Part shown: positions 9,565 to 18,386 of the stretch, piece after piece
How positions within the stretch are numbered: the first letter of the stretch is position 1
Layout of the letters: each line of letters begins with the position of its first letter
Assembly (NCBI GenBank): GCA_049325535.1
Contig: JBMOKY010000001.1
Coordinates: forward strand, 221,002 to 285,001
Direction: 5' to 3'
From: Patescibacteria group bacterium
GTDB lineage: Bacteria; Patescibacteriota; Patescibacteriia; UBA10025; JAHIVO01
DNA: 64,000 nucleotides
Made by a program: the position numbers and the translations under genes
The notes under the pieces: model-generated
The model's database searches: none
The model's input: the letters and a program-made list of their open reading frames with translations, nothing else
What the model was told of the DNA's origin: nothing

Positions 9565-10770
9565 ATGAGCGAATTTTCCTACAAAGCGCGCAATGAACAG
9601 GGCCAGACCATAGACGGTGTGGTCGTGGCGCCGTCGGAAAATATTGCCTATGGCATGCTGCGCGACAAAAAACTCTTTATCATCGCGCTCAAGGAACAGC
9701 GGGTGCGGAAATTATTTGGTGGACTGTCGCTCAGTAGCGGTGTCAAGGCAAAAGATATCGTCGTTTTTGCCCGGCAGCTGTCGGTGATGATTACCTCGAA
9801 CGTGCCGATTGTCCGCGCGCTCAAGGTGCTGGTCGCACAAACCAATAATGTCAAACTTAAATCAGTACTGTCGGATGTAGCCGATGAGGTCGACGGTGGC
9901 GCCAAACTGTCGCAGGCGCTGGCTAAGTATCCGCGAATTTTCAGCAATTTCTTCGTGCAGATGGTCCGTTCCGCTGAAACGACCGGGCGCTTGGACGAAA
10001 TTCTAGAGTATCTGGCTGACCAGCAGGAAAAAGATTATGATCTGAAGGCCAAGGCCCGCGGCTCCATGATTTATCCCGCGTTTATCGTCACCGCCCTCGC
10101 GGTAGTCGGTGCTATGATGATGATGTTTGTGTTGCCCCAGATCACCGCAGTATTTGAGGGGGCGGATGTGGTGCTGCCGCTGACGACCCGGATATTCATC
10201 GGCATCAGCGATTTTTTGCGGGGATTCTGGTGGCTGGTGCTACTCATCCTTATTGGCGCGGCATTTGCATTCCGCGCCATCAATAAGACGAACCGGGGAC
10301 GCCATCAGATTGACCTCCTGAAAATCCGCACACCCATGATCGGTCCGCTTTTCAATCGGCTGTATCTGACCCGGTTTTCTCGGTCGCTATCTACGCTGCT
10401 GGCCTCAGGCGTGCCATTGACCCGCTCACTGGATATCGTGGCTGATGTGGTGGGAAATACGCTGTATCATGACCTGACCCGGGAGACTATCAAACGAGTC
10501 GAGGGTGGCGCGTCCATTACTACGGTATTTGTCACCAGCAAAGACGTGCCGATTATGCTGTCACAGATGATGAGCGTAGGTGAGCAGTCCGGGCAGCTGG
10601 ACAAGATTTTGGAAAAAATCGCCCAGTTTTACCAGCGCGAGCTGGAAAATTCACTGGCCAATCTGACTACGGCTATTGAGCCGATCATCATGATTGTGAT
10701 CGGAGTGGCCGTGGGATTCCTCGTTTCCGCAATTATCCTTCCTCTGTATAATCTGTCCAGCGCGATTTAG
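9565..10770 (+). CDS. pilC: Type IV pilus platform protein PilC (GspF family)
   Basis: FARQLSVMI, ETTGRLD, GEQSGQLD, IEPI..ILPLY. Confidence 0.95.
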   Translation: MSEFSYKARNEQGQTIDGVVVAPSENIAYGMLRDKKLFIIALKEQRVRKLFGGLSLSSGVKAKDIVVFARQLSVMITSNVPIVRALKVLVAQTNNVKLKSVLSDVADEVDGGAKLSQALAKYPRIFSNFFVQMVRSAETTGRLDEILEYLADQQEKDYDLKAKARGSMIYPAFIVTALAVVGAMMMMFVLPQITAVFEGADVVLPLTTRIFIGISDFLRGFWWLVLLILIGAAFAFRAINKTNRGRHQIDLLKIRTPMIGPLFNRLYLTRFSRSLSTLLASGVPLTRSLDIVADVVGNTLYHDLTRETIKRVEGGASITTVFVTSKDVPIMLSQMMSVGEQSGQLDKILEKIAQFYQRELENSLANLTTAIEPIIMIVIGVAVGFLVSAIILPLYNLSSAI

Positions 10771-10802
10771 ACCGTTTTTACAGGCTTGTTTTTGTATATT
10801 GA

Positions 10803-10846
10803 TTGACATTTGCATGAAAATGTGATATTATACACTTGTGTATAAT
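10803..10846 (+). promoter_or_regulatory. Sigma70 promoter of the major pilin overlapped by a palindromic operator-like site
   Basis: TTGACA(10803)-17nt-TATTAT(10826); perfect inverted repeat ATTATACAC-TT-GTGTATAAT at 10827-10846. Confidence 0.7.
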
Positions 10847-10884
10847 GGCAGCATAGTTCATTTTTGATTCACGTTAACTATCCC

Positions 10885-10996
10885 GGCAAAGCAATACATG
10901 TAGGTTCCGCCCAGTGTTCCTGTGAAGGCACGGGTCAGGCGGATCCGTGATCTGTGGATTTACACAGGGCGCGGCTGAAAGCTACATGTCTTTGCC
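10885..10996 (+). ncRNA. Structured 5' leader (three-way junction) of the major pilin mRNA; candidate cis-regulatory RNA
   Basis: Nested stems GGCAAAG/CTTTGCC, ACATGTAG/CTACATGT, TCCGCC/GGCGGA, CCTGTG/CACGGG and CTGTG/CACAG. Confidence 0.55.
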
Positions 10997-11018
10997 ACTA
11001 AGGAAAGGGGGTGAAGAC

Positions 11019-11480
11019 ATGAAACGAAAAGGTTTTACACTCATTGAGCTATTGGTCGTCATCGCGATTATCGGTATTTTGGCAACCATCGGTTTGGTTG
11101 CATTGAATGGTGCACGGGAAAAGGCTCGCGATGCCACTCGCAAATCAGATATTTCCCAGATCAAGACTGCCCTGGTCCTCTACTCAGATGACTACGGTAG
11201 CGCGTTCCCTGGAGGCGACTTCGCCGGTCTGGACGCTGCTTTGGTGACCGCATATCTCTCGAAATTACCGCATGATCCGCAGTCAGCCACCAATGGTGGT
11301 ACGCACGCGGACTATGCCTATGAATCATGCACAGTCAGCCAGCGCTCGACATTCTTACTGTATGCGCAGCTGGAATCCCCAAACAGCACTGATAACTTCT
11401 TCTACTTCTACGTAGCCGGTAACGGCGACTCAGGAGATAAGGTTTCTGGTGCCACCATGGGAGCATGTGCTGATCACTAA
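11019..11480 (+). CDS. pilA: Probable major type IV pilin
   Basis: MKRKG|FTLIELLVVIAIIGIL; own promoter, 12-nt SD and terminator; C-terminal Cys pair. Start moved from 10947 to the SD-supported ATG. Confidence 0.88.
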   Translation: MKRKGFTLIELLVVIAIIGILATIGLVALNGAREKARDATRKSDISQIKTALVLYSDDYGSAFPGGDFAGLDAALVTAYLSKLPHDPQSATNGGTHADYAYESCTVSQRSTFLLYAQLESPNSTDNFFYFYVAGNGDSGDKVSGATMGACADH

Positions 11481-11504
11481 TTTCGTGATTTGCAATCTCG
11501 TATA

Positions 11505-11543
11505 CCAAAAGCGGTTTGCCATCCTGGCGAGCCGCTTTTTGGG
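11505..11543 (+). terminator. Intrinsic terminator after the pilin gene
   Basis: AAAAGCGGTTTGCC-ATCCT-GGCGAGCCGCTTTTT. Confidence 0.8.
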
Positions 11544-11573
11544 TTTGGGGGTATCTGATATACTGATTCATAT

Positions 11574-12557
11574 ATGAACGACGCTCCCGATACCGCAGTT
11601 ATTATTTTGAATTGGAACGGCAGATGCCATCTGCAGGATTGTCTCAGTACCGTCCTGGCGCAGCGCACCCATCGGCAGCGAGTCATGGTGGTGGACAATG
11701 GCTCGACCGATGATTCGGTGGTTTTACTGCGCCAGATGTTTCCCACGGTGCAGATTATCCAAACGGGGAAGAATCTTGGTTTTGCCGAGGGGAATAACGT
11801 TGGCATCCGCCAGGCGCTCCAGGATCCACAGATCCGGTATATAGCGGTACTCAATAACGACACGGCAGTGGATGGACGGTGGCTCGAGTCGCTGATTGCG
11901 GTGGCGGAAGCCGACAAGCATATTGGGGCGGTAGGCAGCCGGATGATGCGGTTTTACGAGCGGGACGTGTTTGATTCCGCGGGAGATTTTGTATTAGCCG
12001 GTACGCTCAAAGTAGTTACTCGCGGTGCCGGGGAAAGAGACCGAGGGCAGTACCGTGCGGTCGAAGAGTGCTTTAGCGCGCGCGGTGGTGCCGCTCTTTA
12101 CCGTCGGGAGATGCTGGAGGACGTTCGGCTCGGCCACGATTATTTCGATTCGCACTATTTCGCCTATGCCGAAGATAGCGATCTATCGATTCGGGCACGG
12201 CTGCGGAGCTGGAAAATAATGTATGCCCCGGATGCCGTCGTGTATCATAAAGTATCGGCCACGACGAAAACACTATCCTCGGATTTTATGCGATACCATA
12301 CCGGCCGCAACCGGGTATTGACTACGATGAAAAATCTGCCATTTCGACTCTGGGTGACGGCATTACGCGGTACGGCGCATGGACCCTCAGATGAGTCGGC
12401 GACTGTGGGCTATTGGCGGTATGTCCGTATAGTTGGCGCAGTGATATGGGCGCTCCCTCGGCTGGTGCGCCTGCGCCGTCTGATCCAGCGCCGACGTACG
12501 ATTTCGATCCATGATATACTGCAGTGGCAAAAATATTTTTCTATTCCCCACCCATGA
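11574..12557 (+). CDS. Glycosyltransferase family 2 (rhamnosyltransferase-like)
   Basis: VIILNWNG, VVDNGSTD, NLGFAEGNNVG, LNNDT, YAEDSDL, VYH. Confidence 0.92.
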   Translation: MNDAPDTAVIILNWNGRCHLQDCLSTVLAQRTHRQRVMVVDNGSTDDSVVLLRQMFPTVQIIQTGKNLGFAEGNNVGIRQALQDPQIRYIAVLNNDTAVDGRWLESLIAVAEADKHIGAVGSRMMRFYERDVFDSAGDFVLAGTLKVVTRGAGERDRGQYRAVEECFSARGGAALYRREMLEDVRLGHDYFDSHYFAYAEDSDLSIRARLRSWKIMYAPDAVVYHKVSATTKTLSSDFMRYHTGRNRVLTTMKNLPFRLWVTALRGTAHGPSDESATVGYWRYVRIVGAVIWALPRLVRLRRLIQRRRTISIHDILQWQKYFSIPHP

Positions 12558-14497
12558 ATTCACGTACGAAAATAATTTCTGGATTATTTATACTGGCACT
12601 GCTGGTTGTTTCCTTTTTTTCCGGTGAATGGAGCAAATGGTTGCAGGCAATCGTGCTGGTGTTTGCTTTTCTTTTAGCATTTCTCACTATCCGTACCTGG
12701 ACGCCGTCATCAGATTCATGGAGCCTGAGAAAAATCATATTCAGTCCGCACGCGTATCTCGTGCTATGGCTCGGGCTGGCAAGCGCCTCAATCGGCTGGT
12801 CGGTTGATTGGTACGATTCGCTGACTGCCACGTCACTGCTGATGGCCTATGCACTGGTGTGGTGGGCGGCATATCGGTTTTTCCGCACAGCCGATACCGT
12901 GCGCGCGCTGGCCTATGGTGTCGCCGGTACGGGGGTGGTAGCGTCGGTAGCCGGATTCATTCTCTATATCAATCAGACAGCGGATCGGCTATCAGGTTTC
13001 CTCTTCAATGCCAATGCTATTTCGAGCCTGCTGATACTGACCGCTCCGGTCGCTTGTGTCATGGCGGCACAGCAGACCCGAAAAAAATATCGCTGGCTTG
13101 TGGGCGTTGCCAGTGTTATCATCATCGCGGCGCTGGCGCTGACCTATTCGTTTACCGCTTGGGTGAGCGTCATGCCGTCCGCGCTCATCGGCCTGTACTA
13201 TTTCCGGCGATCAATATTCACCCGCCGACGGGTGATGGTGGCAGCAGGAATCGTGCTGATTGGCATTATCGGTATGATCGGATTCCGGTATGCTCAGTCA
13301 CGGGATGTACAGTCGGCGATACGGGTGTACCAGGCTATATCATCGAGTGAACTCAACCGTAGTTTTTCCCAGCGGATTAATTTTAATCTCTCAGCCGCTG
13401 ATATATTCCGTGATCATCCGTTGGTCGGTACCGGTATCAACACATTCCAGAGTGTCTATTCACAGTACGCGCGTACTATTCTCGAGCAGCCGCGCTACGC
13501 ACACAATTATTATATCCAGACCGCCGCCGAGCTTGGGATCATCGGCATGGTGGCACTGCTGGGATTTTTACTGATGGCTGGTCGGCAGGTGCTGCACGTT
13601 GTGCGTGCTACTCCGGATCCGCGGCATCGGCATATTCTGGTAGGACTGTCGCTCGGCGTATTAGCATCCGCGGTGCATGCTGTGTTTGATTTTGGTTGGC
13701 AGTTTCCTGCGGTGTTCCTCATGTTTTGGGTGATAGCCGGCGCGCTGGCCGGACAGTATGCCGGGCATGGACGCGGCCAGTCGGAGCAAGGAGCCGAGCC
13801 TTTACCCCGTCGCGCCATGCTCATCAATGCGCTGTATCTGGTGTTTGGGTTAGCGGTACTCCTTCGCGGGTTATCGGTTTTTATGGGTGTGAATGCATTT
13901 GATACAGCCGCCATTCACGTCACCCGTGATGAAATACCCGAGGCAGCTGCAGCATATGAACAGGGTTTGCGCTACGATCCTGATCCGACTATGCTGGCGC
14001 AGTATTCGGGATTGGTCATCCAGCACCGTACTGAGCTGGAAGCGGTGCAGTTTGACGGCTTACTACCTCGCGTGGAGGCCATGGTGCGTCGCTCGCCGGA
14101 TGATTACCTGGCACGGTGGACATACGGGCGGGTATTATATTCGCTGAAGCGGTATGACGAGGCCATTACCGAGTATACTCAGGCCATCGCATTGAATCCG
14201 AAATTCCGTCCTGACCTTTACTATGATTTAGCCTATACGTATTTTATTACGGATCAGCCAGCGCTCGCTAAGCAGACTATCGCCCATATACTCGTAGAAT
14301 ACGGACCGACCACGCTGACGCGCAATCCAAATCTGCCTGATCAGCTCGCGTCTTTGCATTATCTGCTGGGGGAACTGTACCGGACGGAGGGAAACGCTGA
14401 AGCGGCGCGAGAACGCTATGAAATGGCCTTGGAACTCAACCGCTGGTACACGCCAGCCTATGCCGGCCTGGATGCGTTGTATCAGGAGGGGAGTTAG
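12554..14497 (+). CDS. O-antigen ligase (Wzy_C)/O-oligosaccharyltransferase-like membrane protein with C-terminal TPRs
   Basis: About 12 TM; NAN, TYS, HPLVGTGINTF, YAHNYYIQTAAELGIIG, HAVFDF; TPRs YDEAITEYTQAIALNP. ATGA-coupled to the GT2. Confidence 0.85.
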   Translation: MNSRTKIISGLFILALLVVSFFSGEWSKWLQAIVLVFAFLLAFLTIRTWTPSSDSWSLRKIIFSPHAYLVLWLGLASASIGWSVDWYDSLTATSLLMAYALVWWAAYRFFRTADTVRALAYGVAGTGVVASVAGFILYINQTADRLSGFLFNANAISSLLILTAPVACVMAAQQTRKKYRWLVGVASVIIIAALALTYSFTAWVSVMPSALIGLYYFRRSIFTRRRVMVAAGIVLIGIIGMIGFRYAQSRDVQSAIRVYQAISSSELNRSFSQRINFNLSAADIFRDHPLVGTGINTFQSVYSQYARTILEQPRYAHNYYIQTAAELGIIGMVALLGFLLMAGRQVLHVVRATPDPRHRHILVGLSLGVLASAVHAVFDFGWQFPAVFLMFWVIAGALAGQYAGHGRGQSEQGAEPLPRRAMLINALYLVFGLAVLLRGLSVFMGVNAFDTAAIHVTRDEIPEAAAAYEQGLRYDPDPTMLAQYSGLVIQHRTELEAVQFDGLLPRVEAMVRRSPDDYLARWTYGRVLYSLKRYDEAITEYTQAIALNPKFRPDLYYDLAYTYFITDQPALAKQTIAHILVEYGPTTLTRNPNLPDQLASLHYLLGELYRTEGNAEAARERYEMALELNRWYTPAYAGLDALYQEGS

Positions 14498-14546
14498 GTT
14501 ATACTGTCTATATAATCATTGGTGTGGCGAGGGTGCATGCGGCCGT

Positions 14547-15035
14547 ATGAGTAAAGGGTATACATTAATCGAACTGCTGGTAGTGCTGGCCATCATCGGG
14601 ATATTAGCCGCCATCGGCATCACTACTCTCAATGGTACTCGTGGTCAGGCGCGGGATGCAACTCGGTTTTCAGATTTTGAAGCACTGCGCGGAGCGCTGG
14701 AATTGTACGCGGATACGTACGGCAGCTATCCCCGACCCGTGACGGCCGGTGGCGCCGGACCGGACCTGAGTACCGCCGGACTCAATGGGACGATTTTTTC
14801 CCAGACGGATAATCCTCTGTCACCGGCGTATATGAGCCGGTCTGTCCGCGATCCGATCAATGACGCGACCAAGGGACTGTACTATTATTATGACACGAAT
14901 GATTCGCCTACGGTGAACCACCGGAATTACGTCATCTGTTTCCACAAGGAAAGCCGGGATCAGCAGCGGTTCTACTATTATTCGACCGCGGTCCAAGGTT
15001 ACGGACCGGTATGCCCGACATTACCCGCAACTTAA
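14547..15035 (+). CDS. Type IV pilin (GspG-like paralog of the major pilin)
   Basis: MSKG|YTLIELLVVLAIIGIL, ARDATR..D, DP. Confidence 0.88.
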   Translation: MSKGYTLIELLVVLAIIGILAAIGITTLNGTRGQARDATRFSDFEALRGALELYADTYGSYPRPVTAGGAGPDLSTAGLNGTIFSQTDNPLSPAYMSRSVRDPINDATKGLYYYYDTNDSPTVNHRNYVICFHKESRDQQRFYYYSTAVQGYGPVCPTLPAT

Positions 15036-15046
15036 ATGCAATCCGT

Positions 15047-15469
15047 ATGTATCATACCAATCAGCGCGGCATCAGCATATTGGCCGTGCTTATCATCATC
15101 ATAACTGCCTGCCTGGTCATCGGCGGCGGATTTCTGCTTATCAATCAGGAAAAAGCTCGGACGCGCGATGCCAAGCGCATGTCTGATATGACGCGGGTAC
15201 AGGCGGCTTTTGAGCTGATGTTCAATCAGACGGCCAGTTATGCCATGGCGGCCACCGACGGATGCAGCCAGACCGGCATGCCGGTGAGCAGCTGTGCCCT
15301 GGGCACATTTCTCCCCTCAATCGGACAATTCAAAGATCCCGGCAAATACGCCTATACCGTGACCGTGGTGCCTACGGAATCAACCTATCAGGTGACCTTT
15401 ACCCTAGAAAAAGACTACGGTACGCTCAAGGCGGGCAAACACACTCTGTCACCCGACGGTATCAAGTAA
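15047..15469 (+). CDS. Pilin-like protein lacking Glu5
   Basis: NQRG|ISILAVLIII; KARTRDAKRMSD; Cys pair. Confidence 0.75.
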   Translation: MYHTNQRGISILAVLIIIITACLVIGGGFLLINQEKARTRDAKRMSDMTRVQAAFELMFNQTASYAMAATDGCSQTGMPVSSCALGTFLPSIGQFKDPGKYAYTVTVVPTESTYQVTFTLEKDYGTLKAGKHTLSPDGIK

Positions 15470-15567
15470 ATAAATTTCTCACCGCACCGATGCCATGAAG
15501 GTCAGCTTTCATGGAGCGAGGGTTTTTCCTACCCAGAGAGGCTGTTTTTTGGTATAATAATATGACT

Positions 15568-16317
15568 ATGGATGGTTTTTTGGTGTTTATTTTAGGGTTG
15601 GTGGTGGGCAGTTTTATGAATGCCGTTATTTACCGTCTCCACAAAGGCGTCAGTTTCGTGCGGGGGCGATCATATTGCCCGCATTGCAAACATGAGCTTC
15701 ATTTTTTTGATTTAATCCCGATATTTAGTTTTATCATGCTGCGGGGTCGGTGCCGCTACTGTGCCAAGCGGATTTCCTGGCAGTATCCGCTGGTGGAACT
15801 AGCCACCGGCATAATTTTTTTCTCGCTCTGGTGGCAATTCGGTTTGTCCTGGGATTTGGGTGTATACGCAATATATTCGGTATTTCTATTGATTATATTT
15901 GTTTTCGATTTGCGGTACTATCTCATTCTCGACGTGGTAAGCGTCCCGGCTATGGTGATCGCGGCACTGGCATCCTATTTCATACTTGATCTCGATATAC
16001 TAAGCATGGCAATCGGCGCACTCATTGGTGGTGGTTTTTTTTATCTTCAGTATCTGGTTTCACGAGGGAAATGGATCGGCGGCGGCGATATCAGATTGGG
16101 TGTGGTGATGGGGCTGATGCTGGGTTTTCCCAATATACTTGTGGCGCTCTTCGTCGCCTATTGCGTCGGGTCGCTGGTGGGAATCGGACTTATCCTGGCT
16201 CATACCAAGCAGTGGAAAAGTCAGGTGCCATTTGGCACCTTTCTCAGCGCGGCAACTATCATTACGTTTTTTTTCGGCACTGCGGCGGTTAATTTTTATC
16301 GGGGATTCGTGTTATGA
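15568..16317 (+). CDS. pilD: Prepilin peptidase/N-methyltransferase (A24A)
   Basis: GSFMN, RSYCPHC, RGRCRYC, YPLVE, FDLRY, IGGGD, PFG. Start chosen downstream of TATAAT at 15553. Confidence 0.95.
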   Translation: MDGFLVFILGLVVGSFMNAVIYRLHKGVSFVRGRSYCPHCKHELHFFDLIPIFSFIMLRGRCRYCAKRISWQYPLVELATGIIFFSLWWQFGLSWDLGVYAIYSVFLLIIFVFDLRYYLILDVVSVPAMVIAALASYFILDLDILSMAIGALIGGGFFYLQYLVSRGKWIGGGDIRLGVVMGLMLGFPNILVALFVAYCVGSLVGIGLILAHTKQWKSQVPFGTFLSAATIITFFFGTAAVNFYRGFVL

Positions 16318-16976
16318 GTCGAAAGGGACATCAAGGATTTACGCTGGTTGAATTACTGATAGTCATGTTTATTATCGGCGTATTGACCGTCGCCATCATC
16401 ATCAATTTCAATCGTGGGGACAAAACACAGGACCTGCGTTCAGTCAGCACCCAACTAGTTCAACAGCTGCGCTTTGCGCAGGCCTATGCCACTGGTGGCA
16501 ATAGCATCAATTTTTGTCGGCAGGGGTCGTCCGATAATGAATATGAATCGTGCGCGGATGACGTGTTTTGCGGGGGAGGGGCCGGGGACTGTACCAATGG
16601 CGTCCCCCCGGGTGGGTATGGCATCCACTTTTCGGCGGTATCAAGTTATATGCTTTTTGCCGATACCAATACGCTTCAGCATTCCTATTCTACGGAAGAA
16701 CCAATCATCAGGCGAGAGGATACACAGCAGACCAACGTAGGGGTGACCGCGTATCGCGTCGGCGCGGATACGTATGTGCCGCAGACAAATCCGCTGGATG
16801 TCGTTTTTACCCCGCCCACCGGCGTCATCTCATTTCATATTGATGGTGCGCCTGTCACAGAAACTGAGGTTGCACTGCTGGTGAAGCACGGTGAATTGGA
16901 TTCCGTATGCAAAAAAATTACCATTAATCGCGTTTCAAATCATATCAGTGAAACGCAAAGCAATTGTACGCTGTGA
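16314..16976 (+). CDS. Minor pilin, FimT/FimU (GspH)-like
   Basis: G|FTLVELLIV; LRFAQAYA; YGIHF..Y.LFAD. Confidence 0.8.
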   Translation: MSRKGHQGFTLVELLIVMFIIGVLTVAIIINFNRGDKTQDLRSVSTQLVQQLRFAQAYATGGNSINFCRQGSSDNEYESCADDVFCGGGAGDCTNGVPPGGYGIHFSAVSSYMLFADTNTLQHSYSTEEPIIRREDTQQTNVGVTAYRVGADTYVPQTNPLDVVFTPPTGVISFHIDGAPVTETEVALLVKHGELDSVCKKITINRVSNHISETQSNCTL

Positions 16977-17665
16977 AACGCAACTGCCACAATCAATCGG
17001 GTCAAACGCTTCTGGAGGTATTGTTTGCCATGGTTATCCTGCTGACCGCGCTGACTGCGACTATCGTACTGATCGTCAATAGTATCAACGCCAGCAAAGA
17101 AAGCCGCAATAAACTGATCGCGACGAGTCTCGCGCGGGAAGCGGTAGAGATCGCCAGGAATATGCGAGACAGCAACTGGGTGACGACGGCGCAGCGTACC
17201 TGCGATGCCGGGCCATATGCGGGGTTTGCGTGTGATGGCAATACGTTTTGTGGACTGGGTAATACCTGCGCGGCGGGTACCTGGGACGCGGGGTTAGTCG
17301 GAGCAAATCCGGCAGTTCCCGTCATCACCGGGAGCGATCCGTTTACGTTTGATTTTACTGCCACTGATTTTTCCGATGCGATCGCACGGGTACGGCTGCA
17401 GAATCATTTTTACCGGCAGGGCAGCGGGGTGACGGGAGCCCCCACTGAATTCTATCGTCTGGTGTTTATTAATCCGATTTGCCATGATGCCGCGGGCACT
17501 GAGTTTATCGTCGATCGTGCATCGAATGATGTCTGCGGAGCCGGCAGCGCCACCGGGTACGATGATACTGTCGGATATCGCGTCATCAGCGAAGTGCGCT
17601 GGGGTTCCACCTCCGGTCGTCGGGTGACCATTGAGGACCGTATTTATAATTGGCCGACGCTGTAG
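16973..17665 (+). CDS. Minor pilin, PilV-like
   Basis: GTG start overlapping the upstream TGA; SG|QTLLEV; LAREAVEIARNMRD; V.W. Confidence 0.8.
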   Translation: MKRNCHNQSGQTLLEVLFAMVILLTALTATIVLIVNSINASKESRNKLIATSLAREAVEIARNMRDSNWVTTAQRTCDAGPYAGFACDGNTFCGLGNTCAAGTWDAGLVGANPAVPVITGSDPFTFDFTATDFSDAIARVRLQNHFYRQGSGVTGAPTEFYRLVFINPICHDAAGTEFIVDRASNDVCGAGSATGYDDTVGYRVISEVRWGSTSGRRVTIEDRIYNWPTL

Positions 17666-17666
17666 C

Positions 17667-18386
17667 ATGTTTCACCATAAACACAATCAACGCGGTTTTA
17701 CGCTCATCGAGATGATCGTGGCATTGGCGATTTTCAGTCTGACCATCCTTCTGGCGACCAATGTCTATCTGCTGGTGAGCAATACCCAGCGGCGCGCCTT
17801 GGCTGCACAGAAAATTCTCGATGATGTGCGGGCGCTGTTTGAGACGATGACGCAGGAGGTCCGCCTCGGTACTATCAATTATGCATATTATGACCAGCAG
17901 AATATTGATTTACATCCTGCCGCTGGAACTGGGATTCCAATCCTGGCAGTCATCAGCCAGACGGGTAGCCAGGATTTTTTCCGGCTCCAGTCAGAACGGG
18001 TACAGTTCTGTGAGGAAATAACAGTTGGCGATTGTGACGCCGGGGGGACGGGCTGGCTGGACGTGACACCCGAGGGCGTGCGTGTAGAAGATCTACGGTT
18101 TGTCATCACACCGAGCGCAGATCCGTTTACCGCCATCGAACCGGTTGACTGCGCGTTGGGAGGCGATGCGGACTGCACCGCCGCCGGCCTCGTGTCCTAC
18201 CGCTGCGCCGCGGATAATGCCTGTCGTTACTTTAGCAACGGATATAATATCCAGCCGCAGGTACTGATCATGATAAAATCGACTTCTGTCGCACCGCGTC
18301 TGATTGAACAGGCGTCGGTGGATATGCAGACCATCATCAGTTCGCGCATTATTACCAGTGCCATTCAGAACAGTTACCATGATTAA
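17667..18386 (+). CDS. Minor pilin, PilW (GspJ)-like
   Basis: QRG|FTLIEMIVALAIF; QP.V.I; QTIISSR. Confidence 0.8.
   Translation: MFHHKHNQRGFTLIEMIVALAIFSLTILLATNVYLLVSNTQRRALAAQKILDDVRALFETMTQEVRLGTINYAYYDQQNIDLHPAAGTGIPILAVISQTGSQDFFRLQSERVQFCEEITVGDCDAGGTGWLDVTPEGVRVEDLRFVITPSADPFTAIEPVDCALGGDADCTAAGLVSYRCAADNACRYFSNGYNIQPQVLIMIKSTSVAPRLIEQASVDMQTIISSRIITSAIQNSYHD

Noticed and set aside
10885-10996. c-di-GMP-I (GEMM) riboswitch, suggested by GGCAAA upstream of a pilin
   Set aside because: There is no GNRA-capped P2 followed by GACGCAAA and no tetraloop receptor, and GGCAAAG is fully paired with the distal CTTTGCC. Kept only as an unknown structured leader.
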